A DNA stretch of 64,000 nt. Source: Tessaracoccus sp. Lineage in GTDB: Bacteria > Actinomycetota > Actinomycetes > Propionibacteriales > Propionibacteriaceae. The stretch lies in assembly GCA_041393555.1 (NCBI GenBank), contig JAWKJW010000021.1, forward strand, positions 4,918-68,917, read 5' to 3'. Positions 38,553 to 49,681 of the stretch are shown here, one piece after another; within the stretch, counting starts at the first letter, position 1; each line of letters opens with the position of its first letter. The notes under the pieces were generated by a model, which made no database searches, was not told where the DNA came from, and worked only from the letters and a program-made list of their open reading frames with translations. A program made the position numbers and the translations under genes.

Positions 38553-39323
38553 GTGCTAGCCGGAATCCTGATCGCCGTCCTCGTGGTAGCGGGTCTTACG
38601 TTTGGGCTTCCCTGGGTTCTTGAAGCAACCTCGGGCGACCGCCCCGCCGAAGAAGACCCCGCCGAGCGTCTCAGTCATTCGATGCGGATCTTACGCCGAG
38701 ACGTCGCTGACTACGCCGAACGGGTCGATACCACCTCGGTGTCGACGCCGCTCACCCGACGGGCTCAGCTGATGGAGCTACGCATGATGCAGCAAGGGGC
38801 CGCCAAGATCCGGATGGGCGTTCTCGCGGTTCTTCTGGCAGCTTTCGTTGTGCTCGCCGTACTCGTCGGCTTCGATGTCGTGCGGGGATGGATGCTGGTG
38901 ATTCCGGGCGGTCTGCTTGTGGCCTTCCCGTTCGTCGCACGGTTCTCCGTCGTGACGATGCAGCGCCATCTCGATGAGCGCGCGAAGGAGGCTCTCAGCG
39001 GTTTCTCGGAGGATGAACCGACGGTTGTGATCGAGCAGGAGGCCGGACCGTCCGAGACGGTGGAGATCTCGGTTGACCTGACCGCGCCGATGGTCACCAG
39101 TGCGTTCTGGGATCCGGTTCCCGTGACCCCGCCCGCGAACTACATGTCCAAGCCGTTGATGCCGCGTACCGTGCGCACCATCGACCTCTCCGCCCCGGTG
39201 GCGCCCCCCTCTCCGTTCATCCCCACCGCCGATGATCCGCGGGAGGCTGTTGCGGGGGATGTGGATGGACAGGCTGACACGGGCGTGATCGCCGAGTTCC
39301 GTCCCAAGGCGGTTGGCGAGTAG
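38553..39323 (+). CDS. Membrane protein, GlpR/SepX-like
   Basis: TM segments, WDPVPV.P..Y.SKP..PR motif and C-terminal RPKAVGE; sits before tRNA-Ala as in actinobacterial synteny. Confidence 0.65.
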   Translation: MLAGILIAVLVVAGLTFGLPWVLEATSGDRPAEEDPAERLSHSMRILRRDVADYAERVDTTSVSTPLTRRAQLMELRMMQQGAAKIRMGVLAVLLAAFVVLAVLVGFDVVRGWMLVIPGGLLVAFPFVARFSVVTMQRHLDERAKEALSGFSEDEPTVVIEQEAGPSETVEISVDLTAPMVTSAFWDPVPVTPPANYMSKPLMPRTVRTIDLSAPVAPPSPFIPTADDPREAVAGDVDGQADTGVIAEFRPKAVGE

Positions 39324-39397
39324 GTCCCAGGAGGCCTTGGCCGCAGCGGTCAATTGGCCTCCCTTTCCTGGCGGTGCTAATATCTGTGCTGTTCCAA

Positions 39398-39470
39398 GGG
39401 GCTATGGCGCAGTTGGTAGCGCGTCTCGTTCGCAATGAGAAGGCCGGGGGTTCGAATCCCCCTAGCTCCA
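39398..39470 (+). tRNA. tRNA-Ala(CGC)
   Basis: GGGGCTATGGCGCAGTTGGTAGCGCG TCTCG TTCGCAA TGAGA..GGGGGTTCGAATCCCCC TAGCTCCA; G3:U70 pair. Confidence 0.95.
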
Positions 39471-39480
39471 CTTCGCGCAC

Positions 39481-39528
39481 AAGGTTCGAACCCTAGCCAA
39501 CGTCAATGTTGGTGGAGGTTCGGGCCTT
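39481..39528 (+). terminator. Hairpin after tRNA-Ala
   Basis: AAGGTTCGAACC..CCAAC/GTTGG..GGTTCGGGCCTT followed by GTTT. Confidence 0.55.
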
Positions 39529-39759
39529 GTTTCCGTCTCCGGCCCAGGCGAGAGCGTTGGCGTTGACCTCTGGCTCGAGCAGCATCTCGAATGGTCGGTT
39601 GATGCACGCTGCCTTCAGCGTGAAGTAGCTCCCGAGACACGTCAGCGATGCCTGATGCATGGATCATGTATTCTCTAGGGCGTGAGAAAGCGGTCCGACG
39701 CCGGATCGTGCACCAACGAGGGGAATTCACGTGAATGCCAAGAATGTGGCCACGGCTAA

Positions 39760-41307
39760 GCTTGGCGTTTAACCTGTTGGGCTGGTTTTGCCGATGGGGT
39801 GGATGGGTGCTTTCCGGTGGTTTCGGCTGCCTGGGGCCGTCCGGGGCCGCCTGTGTGGCTATTGGCGTTCTCGTGGGCTGGACGCAGGACGCGTGGACGC
39901 GGGGAAAGCTTCGGCGCACTCTGCCTGGAGTCAACGCGGTCGTGGGGAGAGGGGGTTGCCAGGGCAGCCGGTGATCAGCAGCGAGAGGGCGTGCGAGCCT
40001 GAGTTGGGTATGCGGCCAAGACCAGCCAGGTCCACCGATCGGCAGCCTCGGGATCGCGCAGCATCGGGCGGGTCCAGCCCAGGGTCTGCTTCAGGAACCG
40101 GAAGGTGTGCTCGAGGTCGAAACGGCGCAGGTAGGCTGACCAGTAATGGTCGACCTCGGCCGTGGTAGCGCCGGTGGTCGAGCACCATAACCATACCGGT
40201 GCAGGGGCGCGGTCGCCGGGCAGGTGGTCCACGGTCAGCTGGATCAGGGTGCCTCGATGATCGGTGCCTCACCGTGGTGGTCTGCCCAGGGGCCGCGGCA
40301 TTCGAGGCGCTGGTGCTGGTGGTCGAACGCGATCGCGGTCGCGACCGTAGTTGGTGGTCTGTTCGTCGTGGTCACGGTGGGCCTCGGCCATGACTCGGGA
40401 TCGGCCAGGGTGAGCTATGGCCGCGACGTGGGCCACGGCCCTTGGTCGGCCCTTGCGTTTCCTGGCCGGGGCGTAGAACACCCGGCTGGACCGTACTCGT
40501 GCCACCAAGGTCACGGGCAGATCCTTGAGCAGCCAGGTCAACCGGGTCACGTCGTAGCCGGAGTCCATCACGACCAACAGATCCGGGTCACCCATCTTCC
40601 AGTGCCCCGCGTTGTGGAGGCGTTCGAAGACCGTTCGAGCCGGTTGGCAGTCACCATGGTTTCGTCTTCGTCGGGGTGCAGTCGGCGGGTCTCTAGCAGT
40701 GCGGTCCAGGAGGTCGTACCCGCTCAAGTGCGGCGATCCATAGGTATCTCCAGCCCGGATCATTTGCGCGTGCCCACGGCCGCGTGGATAGGCATGGCAG
40801 AACGATCGCTCGGGGCTGGTAGTGGCGTCGGGTCGCAGCCAGTTCGACACATCGACCGCGAGCACGATCCGGTCTCGTCCATCTGGTCCCGGCAGGCGTG
40901 GCAGCGGGAGTTGCTGCCACGAGCTGTCCCAGCTCTGCGGTGTTCATCTGGCCGCGTTCAAGGCGTCATACAAAGCGCGTGACCACGCCGATGCACGGGT
41001 TCGAAGACACAGGTGGAGCAAGGTCGGTGACCCGACCCGGTGCGCGACAACATCGCGTCGGTGAGTTCGAAAAGAACATCCGCCCGACGTGTCAGACACG
41101 AGTAGAGACTGGCACGGAAGTCGTTGAGTAAGCCCAATGCCTGATACCGGGCTACCTTCGTGGAGCTGTCATGGTCGATAATCATGGAAGTGGTCGCTGT
41201 CCTGACGATTTGGTGTGGTTACCAAAAGCATCGCCAACAGCGGCCACTGCCACGCTATGGCACGCCGAACACCACCACGATCAACAACAACACAGGTTAA
41301 ACGCCGC
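39760..41307 (-). mobile_element. Second copy of the DDE (IS701/IS4-like) element, many indels
   Basis: Near-identical reverse complement of 25819..27379; same TIR after TAA at 39757. Confidence 0.9.
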
Positions 41308-41311
41308 TTTA

Positions 41312-42269
41312 GAGATCTGGCGGATAGGTGCGTGTCGGTGACGTAGAACAGGCACGAGTCCCGGTAGAGGAATGAGGTGTCAAAGTCTCGTTCTTCCCCT
41401 GCGAGGTACTCATGCCTGCTCTGCCATCTTTCATCATGGAACCCCTGTGGCACCAATTCGAAGCGTTGCTGCCCGAACACATCGATACCCACCCACTGGG
41501 CTGTCACCGACCACGGATCCCGGACCGAATCATCTTCGACAAACTCGTCCAAGTCCTGGTCCTTGGTGCTGCTTACGACAAGATCGCCGATTCCCGCTGC
41601 TCCGCCACCACGATCCGTGACCGCCGTGACGAGTGGATCAGGCAGGGATCTTCCCCTGCAGCTCGAACAACTCTGCCTGGAGGCCTACGACAAGATCACC
41701 GGTCTCGACCTCGATGACACCGTGATCGATGGATGCACGTGAAAGCCTCTTGTGGTGGTCAAGCAGCAGGCAACTACCGGTTGACAGGGGCAAACAAGGA
41801 ACCAAACGCTCTGATCACCGACGCCGCCGGGGTTCCGCTGGGCTGTGTGGTTGCTCCTGCGAACACGAACGACTCCCACTGCTGCGCCCTACCATGGAGC
41901 AACTGGGTCTGGTTCGATCACGGCCTCGGCGCGGGTTACTGGCACAGATCCGGGTCCATCTCGATGCCGGCTACGACAACTCCAAGACCTGTGAGCCACT
42001 CAAGCGAGTACGGCTGTCAGGGCATCATCAGCGAGAAAAGGCTACCACTGCAAGCAGGAAACGGTGGGTCGTCGAGCGCACGAACTCTTGGCACAACCGT
42101 GGCTTCAAAAAACTCGCCAACTGTACCGAGCGTCGAACGATCGATCGAGGCATTCATCGCGCTCGCGAACGCTGTGATCGTGCCCGACGCCTACTCGCCC
42201 GGGCCTGGGGACACCTACCGCCTGGGCCACCCGCCCCACCCGTCGACCATGACCTATCCGCGGAATCTC
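41312..42269 (+). mobile_element. Second copy of the IS5 family element, many indels
   Basis: Near-identical reverse complement of 27383..28343; ends ACCTATCCGCGGAATCTC followed by TAA. Confidence 0.9.
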
Positions 42270-42354
42270 TAAACAGCCGATCTCTCAACATCCAGAGTTC
42301 AGAGCAAACACCGGGTTTCAGACTGACCGTGATGAAGACGGAGAAGGTTGAGCA

Positions 42355-45300
42355 ATGAGAAAGTATGTTGCGCGCAAACGTGCGCTAGCCGCCATCGGGG
42401 TGGTTACGGCGTTGGGATTGATGGCCTGCACTAGTTCGCCAGGTCCCGACACTGAGGAATCCGCCGTCGAACAGTCGAATGTTGAAGAATCGGGGGCGGT
42501 CCAGCAGGTCGAGAGAACATCGGTCTTTGATCCGAGCATCTCCAGCCTGGATCAAGTCGAGCTGGTCGATCCGGGCATGGAGTGGCGTTACTACGACGAC
42601 GATCAGGACCCCAACGAAGGAACGTGGTACGAGGGGTGGAACAAGCGCAACGGCTGGGCATACCCCGAGGGCTGGTTGGACTGGGGCACCATTCCCATGG
42701 AGTTCACCGAAGTGGATTGGCCCACTTATGAAGGCACAGCCTTCAGTACAGCAGATGACTCACCGGGTCAGGTTCTCGCCAAGAACGATGACGGAACGGT
42801 GAAGAGCACGTACTTCTTGCGTCACACCTTCACCCTGACCCAGGAGCAGGCTGAGAGCGCCTATGCGCTTGAGATCACAGTCCGGTACAACGACGCGATG
42901 ACGTTCTACGTGAACGGCAGCCCTGTTGGTGGCTTCCACAACATCCCAACCAGCAACTACTCCGAGAACATGGAGTATGGCGCTCAGGAAGCCGTTCCTG
43001 ACGGGGAGTTCATTGAAGAGACGTTCGTCGTTGACGATGTTGCCAGCATCACGAACGGTTACATTCCAGGTGAGTATCTCATCGGCGAAGACGTCGGCGA
43101 AGAAGAAGGCCTCGTGCAGCATGAACTGGTCGAGCCCTGGACGGATGCTGATGGGAACTCTTATGTTGACATCACTCTTGCGGTGGAACTCCACTCTTCT
43201 GACCCTCAGGACACCGAAGCGAGCTTCGAGCTTGTTTCGTTCGTCATCAACCCTGACGAGTCGGAACTCGCGTCCGCGAGCGAGGAAGTCAAGAATGTAG
43301 CCGTCAACGTGGGCGTTGACGAGAGCGCTATCAACCTGACCTGGAACTCGCTGTCGTCAGAGATTGGTCAGGTTGAGGTCGTCGAGGGTGATGACCCCGC
43401 AGCCTTTGACGCATCAGATGCCGTCATCTACGAAGCCGATTCAGTTGAACACGCTTACACGAAGTTCACCTCAACGGACTACTACTTCAACAAAGCCACA
43501 ATCGAGGTCGAACGGGGTCAGGACTATTTGTACCGCGTAGGAAATGATGATGGCTACTCCCCGGTCTACCCGCTGAGCACCCAGGACATCTCGGAAGGCT
43601 ACGATGCTCTGTTCGTAGCTGACCCGCAGATCGGTACTGGAACCATCCCAACGGACGTTTATGGCTGTAATTAAATAAAACCGGCGTGTCGATCTGTCTA
43701 AAACTGTCTAATTGAACATAATTCATGTATGCCGATCGTTGAGGTAACAGAGAACGAGAAAAACGTGTTGATATTGGAAGAAACAGTCCGGACACGTTGA
43801 TACTGATCCGACTGAAAGCGGAAGCGGTCTTATACGTTTCCGAAGGTGGCCCCTGGAAGATTGTTGCGAAACTGGTGGACCGTTCGGTGAAAACAGTTCA
43901 GGGCTGGCTTCGCGATTGGCGAAGCCAGGTTGTGTTCGGTAGTGGCCGGGCACGCGAAACTGAAACGCTGCGAAACTCACGGACCCGAAGCAGAAGTGAA
44001 AGCCCTGCTCGCGAAGGAACCATCCGAGTCCGGCATCAGCGGCCGAGTTCTGGGACGATGCCGGCGTTGCGTGACGTGGTGAAGATCTACTTCGACATCG
44101 AGTATGCCGCCGACTCGTCCTACCATCTGCTGATGCGGTTGTGCGGGATGAGTTTCCAAGCTCCCCGACGTTCGACAAGCGGCGCGATGAGACCGCGATC
44201 ACGGCACGGATGGCCGAGGTCAGGCTCAGGTCGCCGGGCTGCTAACTGAAGGCTACGAGGTGTACACCATCGACGAGGTCAGGGTCGAACACGAAGCCGA
44301 GACCCGGCGGATGTGAAATACAGGGACGCGCACCAAGCTCTACGTCGACCGGAAACGGGCAGCGTGTTCGTTCTTCGGGGCGTTAGTCTCACCAGCGGCA
44401 CCATGCGGGTCTACCCGATCGGCGGCTAACAAACGCTGGTGAACGCGGGTCGTTACTCGCGCTGGAACGCCTCCAACGAGAGACCACCAAGCCAGGATCG
44501 CGGTGGTGTTGGACAATGCCGGGTTCCACCACGCAGCGGTCACATTGTACAAGCCGGAGCGAGTTGCTGGACCGGATCACCCCAATCTACCTCCCGCCGT
44601 ACACCCGATCATAACCGACCAGAGAGCACGTATGGAGACGCAGCGAAAGGACATATCACGAACCTACAACACGCCACCCCAGACGAAACCTTCACCGCAT
44701 TCATGGACTACATCAACAACCGGGAGTTCGACTACGACTTCGAACACCTCCCCATCACCCGAAAAACCGATTTTGTTTAATTGCGGCCATACGGCTGGGC
44801 GAACACGCTGGATGAGGCCTTCGCGCTCTACCCGGAGACGAGCCTCATCTTGAACGCCGGGGACTTTGTCGATTCACCGGATAAGGAAAGCGAGTACGAC
44901 GCCTACTTCGAGCCAGAAATTCTTGCGTCGTACCCCACAGCCACTGCCGTCGGAAACCACGACGTGGCCGTGAACTACCGAAACCACTTCAACGAGCCAA
45001 ATCTGTCCGAGTATGGAATGGATGAGGCGGGGAGCGATTACTACTTCACATACGGAAATGTTCTTTACATGGTCCTCAACGCCAACAACTTGAACAATGA
45101 GGAACATGTCCAGTTCTTGCAAGAAACAGCAGCCGCCACGGCCGATCAGGACTTCGAGTGGCGGCTGGTGATGTTCCACCAGTCAATCTACGCTGCCGGT
45201 AGGCAGTCGCTGAGCGACGATGTTCCTCCTAGGCGAGAAGCCCTGGTCCCTGTCTTTGATGAGATGGGAGTTGACCTGGTCCTGATGGGACACGACCACA

Positions 45301-45596
45301 CATACGCGAGGTCTCACCAGATGTATGACTTCGAGCAGGTTGACGATGTTGTGTTCGAGGATGAGGAACAGACGGTCGCTGTGAGCCCGGCAGGGACGCT
45401 TTATGTGACCAACAGTTCGTCCAGTGGCAGCAAGTACTACGACTTCGTGGACGAGGAGTACGACTACCTGGCATTCAGGCAACAGAACTATGTCCCGACC
45501 TTCTCCGTGATTCATTTTGGATCGGACACTCTATCGCTGACCTCGTATCAGACAGACACCATGGAGGTCTTCGACTCGTACACCATCAACAAGTAG
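42355..45596 (+). pseudogene. Secreted lipoprotein metallophosphoesterase (purple acid phosphatase-like) interrupted by IS630
   Basis: Lipobox LMAC; FVADPQIG before the IS; NAGDFVD, VGNHD, MFHQS and MGHDH after it. Removing the IS restores the frame D-V-Y-G-W. Confidence 0.88.
43662..44789 (+). mobile_element. IS630 family element, transposase frameshifted
   Basis: TA duplication (43660-61 and 44790-91); imperfect TIR TGGCTGTAATTAAATAAAACCGG / CCGATTTTGTTTAATTGCGGCCA; motifs TIDE, VVLDNAGFH, YLPP. Confidence 0.88.
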
Positions 45597-45627
45597 GAGC
45601 TTCTCGGAGTTCTCTACAAACGGTGAG

Positions 45628-45680
45628 CGACCGAGTGCGGCTCACGTCTTCACATGGGGGACGTGAGCCGTACTCGGTCG
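45628..45680 (+). terminator. Long hairpin after the phosphoesterase gene
   Basis: CGACCGAGTGCGGCTCACGTC...GACGTGAGCCGTACTCGGTCG. Confidence 0.7.
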
Positions 45681-45916
45681 TTAGAGAGGTGTGAGCCATC
45701 CCCAGTGATCACACGATCCGGCCCTGGAGTCCACCACCTGGTTTCTCTCCTGGGTTGGTGGTGAGGCCATCCGCCACCAGGTATGAGACGACGGAGTCTT
45801 TATGTTTCCGCATCGACCCGGTCTCGTGAACGAGTTCCGTCTCCCTTGACCTTGGGTAGAGGCTGTGTCACCATTTCGATGGATCCGCTTCGTTGACGAA
45901 GCGCCCAGAGCATAGG

Positions 45917-45945
45917 GGATTGTTACTGTTGCGACAGGCGAGACC
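45917..45945 (+). promoter_or_regulatory. RAT (ribonucleic antiterminator) site for a BglG/LicT-type protein
   Basis: GGATTGTTACTGTTGCGACAGGCGAGACC matches the bgl/lic RAT pattern GGATTGTTACTG..CAGGCAAAACC. Confidence 0.85.
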
Positions 45946-45976
45946 TCTAGGTTTCTTCTCGTTGGGAGATAGAGGT

Positions 45977-47881
45977 ATGCCCACATATGCGGACCTCGCC
46001 ACATCCATAGCTTCCGATATCGGAGGCCCAGACAACGTCATCTCCGTGGGTTCGTGCACGACGAGGCTTCGTTTCGTCGTCAAGGACGAGTCGGTGGTGG
46101 ACCTCGACAAACTGGGCGCGACCCCAGGAGTCCTCAAGGCACTCAAGGCAGGCGGACAGATCCAGATCGTCATCGGTACGCACGTCGACGATGTGAGGAA
46201 AGACGTGCTGTCACTACCCGGCTGGTCCGGACTATCGACAACCGACGGCTCGGCCTCGGAGACGGCCACGAAACGCAAGGCCATGGACGTGGTCTTCGAT
46301 TTCCTGGGCGGCACCTTCCAGCCTTTGATCCCGGCGATCACCGGCGCGGCGATGGTGCAGGTCGCGGCGCTGCTGCTCAACATGTTCGGGGTCTTGTCGG
46401 AGGAATCGCCGACCTACATCATCCTGTTCGCGGCTGGTAACGCGATCTTCTACTTCCTGCCGATTTTTGTCGGATTCACCGCGACGCAGAAGCTCGGAGC
46501 CAACCCGTTCATCGGTGCCGCGATCGCGGCGGCCCTGCTCTTCCCCGGGTTCACCGCTCTCGGGCAGACCGGCGACATTCTGCAGGCGTTCGGGATGCCG
46601 CTTTTCATGTACGAGTACGGCAACACGATGTTCCCGTCGGTCATCATCGCGCTGGCGCTCTCGGGGCTCGACAGGCTGCTGAAGCGAATCATCCCGAGGA
46701 TTCTGCAGCAGGTCTTGAACCCGACCCTTGAGCTGCTGATTCTGGTGCCGCTGACGCTCCTGGTGTTCGGCCCGATCGGCGCGGTGGTTGGTAGTGGAAT
46801 CGGTGCCGGCGTCGCCTGGCTGGCCACGAATGCGCCGTGGCTCTTCTACGTGATCGTCCCCGCGCTGTGGGTGTTCCTGGTGGCGATGGGAATCCACTGG
46901 GCCATGATCGCCGTTGCGTTGAATGAACTCAGCGCGGGGCAGTCGGTCATCTTGGGGGCGGCCTTCGGCTACCAGTACGCGATGATGGCGGTCGCGATCG
47001 CCGTCTTCGTCATCCTGGCGATCAAGAAGAAGAACCCCGAGTTGCGCGATACCGCAGCGGCCGCCTCCCTCTCCGTTGCCATCGGTGGTATCACCGAGCC
47101 GACCCTCTATGGCCTCATCCTGCGCTACCGGAAGCTTCTGATCATCGAGATGATCACCGCCGGCGCATCGGGTGCGGTTCTGGGCCTTTTCGGCACCTAT
47201 GTCGTGGGATTCAGCCCGGCCCCGTTCCTCGCGCTCCCGCTGCTCAGGCCCATTATCGGTGGGGTGCTCGGCATCGTGGTCGCCTTGGTGGTCGCGTTCC
47301 TGTTGATCAGCATCTGGGGTATCGAATCCAAGACTCCCGTTGAAGCTGCCGGTGATAGCGGTGAGGAGCCGGCTGAGCCTGGTGGGTTCAGGGGAGCTTC
47401 GAATGCTGATGCCCCGGCCGGCACTGTGACCGTCAATGCGCCCCTGTCAGGCAAGATCGTTGCGCTGAGCGACGTGCCCGACCCCGTCTTCTCGGGCGCC
47501 CTCCTTGGCCCCGGTGTCGCCATCGATCCCGACGACGGCAGGCTGTACTCGCCGGTCAGAGGCACCGTGGTCATGGTTGCCGACACGAGCCATGCGGTGG
47601 GCCTGCGTACTGATGATGGGGTCGAGATCCTGATCCACGTCGGTCTGGATACCGTCAAGCTGGGAGGAAAGCACTTCACGCCCAAGGTGAGCAAGGGCCA
47701 AGCCGTATCGACCGGCGACGTGTTGATGGAGTTCGATCCGAGAGCGTTGGCAGAGCAAGGATTCTCCACCGTCACGCCGATCGTGATCACCAACCTGACC
47801 GATGCTCAGGAGATCGTGATGGCGGACGGGGACGATGTTGCCGCCGGGCGACCCTTGTTCGATGTAAGAGTCAAGGCCTAG
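45977..47881 (+). CDS. bglF: PTS beta-glucoside-type EIIBCA
   Basis: EIIB CTTRLRF, EIIC GGITEPTLYG, EIIA VPDPVFS..EILIHVGLDTV. Confidence 0.9.
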   Translation: MPTYADLATSIASDIGGPDNVISVGSCTTRLRFVVKDESVVDLDKLGATPGVLKALKAGGQIQIVIGTHVDDVRKDVLSLPGWSGLSTTDGSASETATKRKAMDVVFDFLGGTFQPLIPAITGAAMVQVAALLLNMFGVLSEESPTYIILFAAGNAIFYFLPIFVGFTATQKLGANPFIGAAIAAALLFPGFTALGQTGDILQAFGMPLFMYEYGNTMFPSVIIALALSGLDRLLKRIIPRILQQVLNPTLELLILVPLTLLVFGPIGAVVGSGIGAGVAWLATNAPWLFYVIVPALWVFLVAMGIHWAMIAVALNELSAGQSVILGAAFGYQYAMMAVAIAVFVILAIKKKNPELRDTAAAASLSVAIGGITEPTLYGLILRYRKLLIIEMITAGASGAVLGLFGTYVVGFSPAPFLALPLLRPIIGGVLGIVVALVVAFLLISIWGIESKTPVEAAGDSGEEPAEPGGFRGASNADAPAGTVTVNAPLSGKIVALSDVPDPVFSGALLGPGVAIDPDDGRLYSPVRGTVVMVADTSHAVGLRTDDGVEILIHVGLDTVKLGGKHFTPKVSKGQAVSTGDVLMEFDPRALAEQGFSTVTPIVITNLTDAQEIVMADGDDVAAGRPLFDVRVKA

Positions 47882-47993
47882 GAGCCTGCTGGACCTCCAA
47901 GACCCTGGCTGGTTCGGTGGTCGGGCTGATCTCCGCTCGGAGGAGCGGCTCAGCCCGACCACCGAAGCGCCCGAGCGCAGTAGGAAAAAGATC

Positions 47994-48863
47994 GTGCCGA
48001 TCATCAAACAGATCTACAACAACAACATCGTGCTCGCCATCGACGAGCGCGGCGACGAAGTCATCGTCGCCGGTGCCGGCGTGGGGTTCAGCACGGGGCG
48101 TGGCCAAAAGGTCGACATGTCGCGTGCGGAGCGAGTATTTCAGCGCACGGGAATGACACGATCCGGTGCCCTGCGCGTGCTTCTGGAGCTTCCTCCCTCC
48201 ATTTTCCACTCGACCAGGCTGATCTCACAGATGCTGGCCGAGGAGAAAGGCATCGTCCTCAGCCCCGCCGCGGAGATCGCCTTGGCTGATCACCTCGCGC
48301 AAGCGCTGAAACGGCGAGAAGAGGGCATCCCGATCTACAACTCGATGCTCTGGGAAACGAAGATGTCGTATCCCGCCGAGTTCACCCTGGCGCTGAAGAT
48401 CCTGGACATCGTTCACAAGCAGTTCGGAGTGCGCCTCCCGCTCGACGAGGCGGGGTTCGTGACCATGCATCTTGCGAACGTGAACGCCGCGGGAAGCTCC
48501 GAGCAGACGATCGCTCTCGGTCGCGTGCTCCACGAGGTCATCGCGATCGTCGAACGACGCCTGGGAATCGCCCTCGATCAGTCGAAGGCAGACATCACCA
48601 GATTCCTCACGCACGTCAAGTTCGTCGTGCGCCGGTTGTTAGGGCATCAGACCTATCAGGGCGGATTCGACGAGATGTTCCAGACGCTTCGTAGTCAGGA
48701 TGTCGACGTCTACGAGTGCGCTCTCGAGATCGGCGCCTACTTGGCGGATCAGTACGCCACGCAGTTATCCGACGAAGAGCATTTCTACTTGATGATCCAC
48801 CTCAAACGTCTCGCAGACGCGAACGCGCAGCACTCAGGTGGATCCACCGAACACCATACTTAG
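47994..48863 (+). CDS. bglG: BglG/LicT family PRD transcriptional antiterminator
   Basis: CAT domain IKQIYNNN..G.GVGF; PRD histidine motifs ALADH, FVTMH, FLTH and LMIH. Confidence 0.88.
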   Translation: MPIIKQIYNNNIVLAIDERGDEVIVAGAGVGFSTGRGQKVDMSRAERVFQRTGMTRSGALRVLLELPPSIFHSTRLISQMLAEEKGIVLSPAAEIALADHLAQALKRREEGIPIYNSMLWETKMSYPAEFTLALKILDIVHKQFGVRLPLDEAGFVTMHLANVNAAGSSEQTIALGRVLHEVIAIVERRLGIALDQSKADITRFLTHVKFVVRRLLGHQTYQGGFDEMFQTLRSQDVDVYECALEIGAYLADQYATQLSDEEHFYLMIHLKRLADANAQHSGGSTEHHT

Positions 48864-48871
48864 GAGAAACA

Positions 48872-49681
48872 ATGGCGAAGATCATCTTCCAAGCCGACGA
48901 CTACGGCATCACCCCGGCGGCGACTCAGGGCGTCGTGCACGCGGTGAACAACGGATTCATCCGCGCAACAGGGGTTTTCACGAACCGGCCTTCTGCTCCG
49001 CGGGCCATCGAGGCGCTGCGTCACTGGGAGGGACTCGATCTCGGCATGGATCTGAACCTGGTCACGGGGTCCCCGTTGCTTCCCGCGGAGCAGGTCCCGG
49101 ACCTGGTGACCGGAGACGGCACCTTCCGCACGTCCCACCAGATCAGGGCCGAGTACGAGCTCGTTGAGGCGCAAGGAATGAAGACCACCTATGCGGTGGA
49201 GCCCTTCGGTCATGAGCAGACGATGGCCGAGGCCAACGCGCAGTACGAGCGGTTCGTAGAGCTGGCGGGCCGGAAGCCCGCCTACCTTCATCACCACTCG
49301 ATCATCACCCCGGGGATCGAGCGGGTGATTCACCAGCTCGGGGAAGAGCGGTCGGTGAAGGTCATGGATGACCTGATCGAGCCGGGATCCGGCGTGAACT
49401 GGGTTCCGAACACCTGGTACACGCGTCCGTTCGACGCCAACATCCAGGCGGACGCCAAACCCATCGAGGAGTTCGAGGCAATGCTCGATCAGGTGGCTCG
49501 GCACGACATCAGCATCCTGATCACGCACCCGGGTTATGTTGATGCCGAACTGCTGGACATCACGAGCTACCACGTCATTCGTGCCCGGGAGCTGGAGCTC
49601 GTCACCTCCGGTCGCATCGCCGAAGCGATGAGGATCCGGGGCATCGAGGTCACCAGTCTGTCCGCGGAGGGCTTGATCTAG
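48872..49681 (+). CDS. ChbG/YdjC family carbohydrate deacetylase
   Basis: IIFQADDYG, NLVTGSP, THPGYVD, R.REL. Confidence 0.85.
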   Translation: MAKIIFQADDYGITPAATQGVVHAVNNGFIRATGVFTNRPSAPRAIEALRHWEGLDLGMDLNLVTGSPLLPAEQVPDLVTGDGTFRTSHQIRAEYELVEAQGMKTTYAVEPFGHEQTMAEANAQYERFVELAGRKPAYLHHHSIITPGIERVIHQLGEERSVKVMDDLIEPGSGVNWVPNTWYTRPFDANIQADAKPIEEFEAMLDQVARHDISILITHPGYVDAELLDITSYHVIRARELELVTSGRIAEAMRIRGIEVTSLSAEGLI

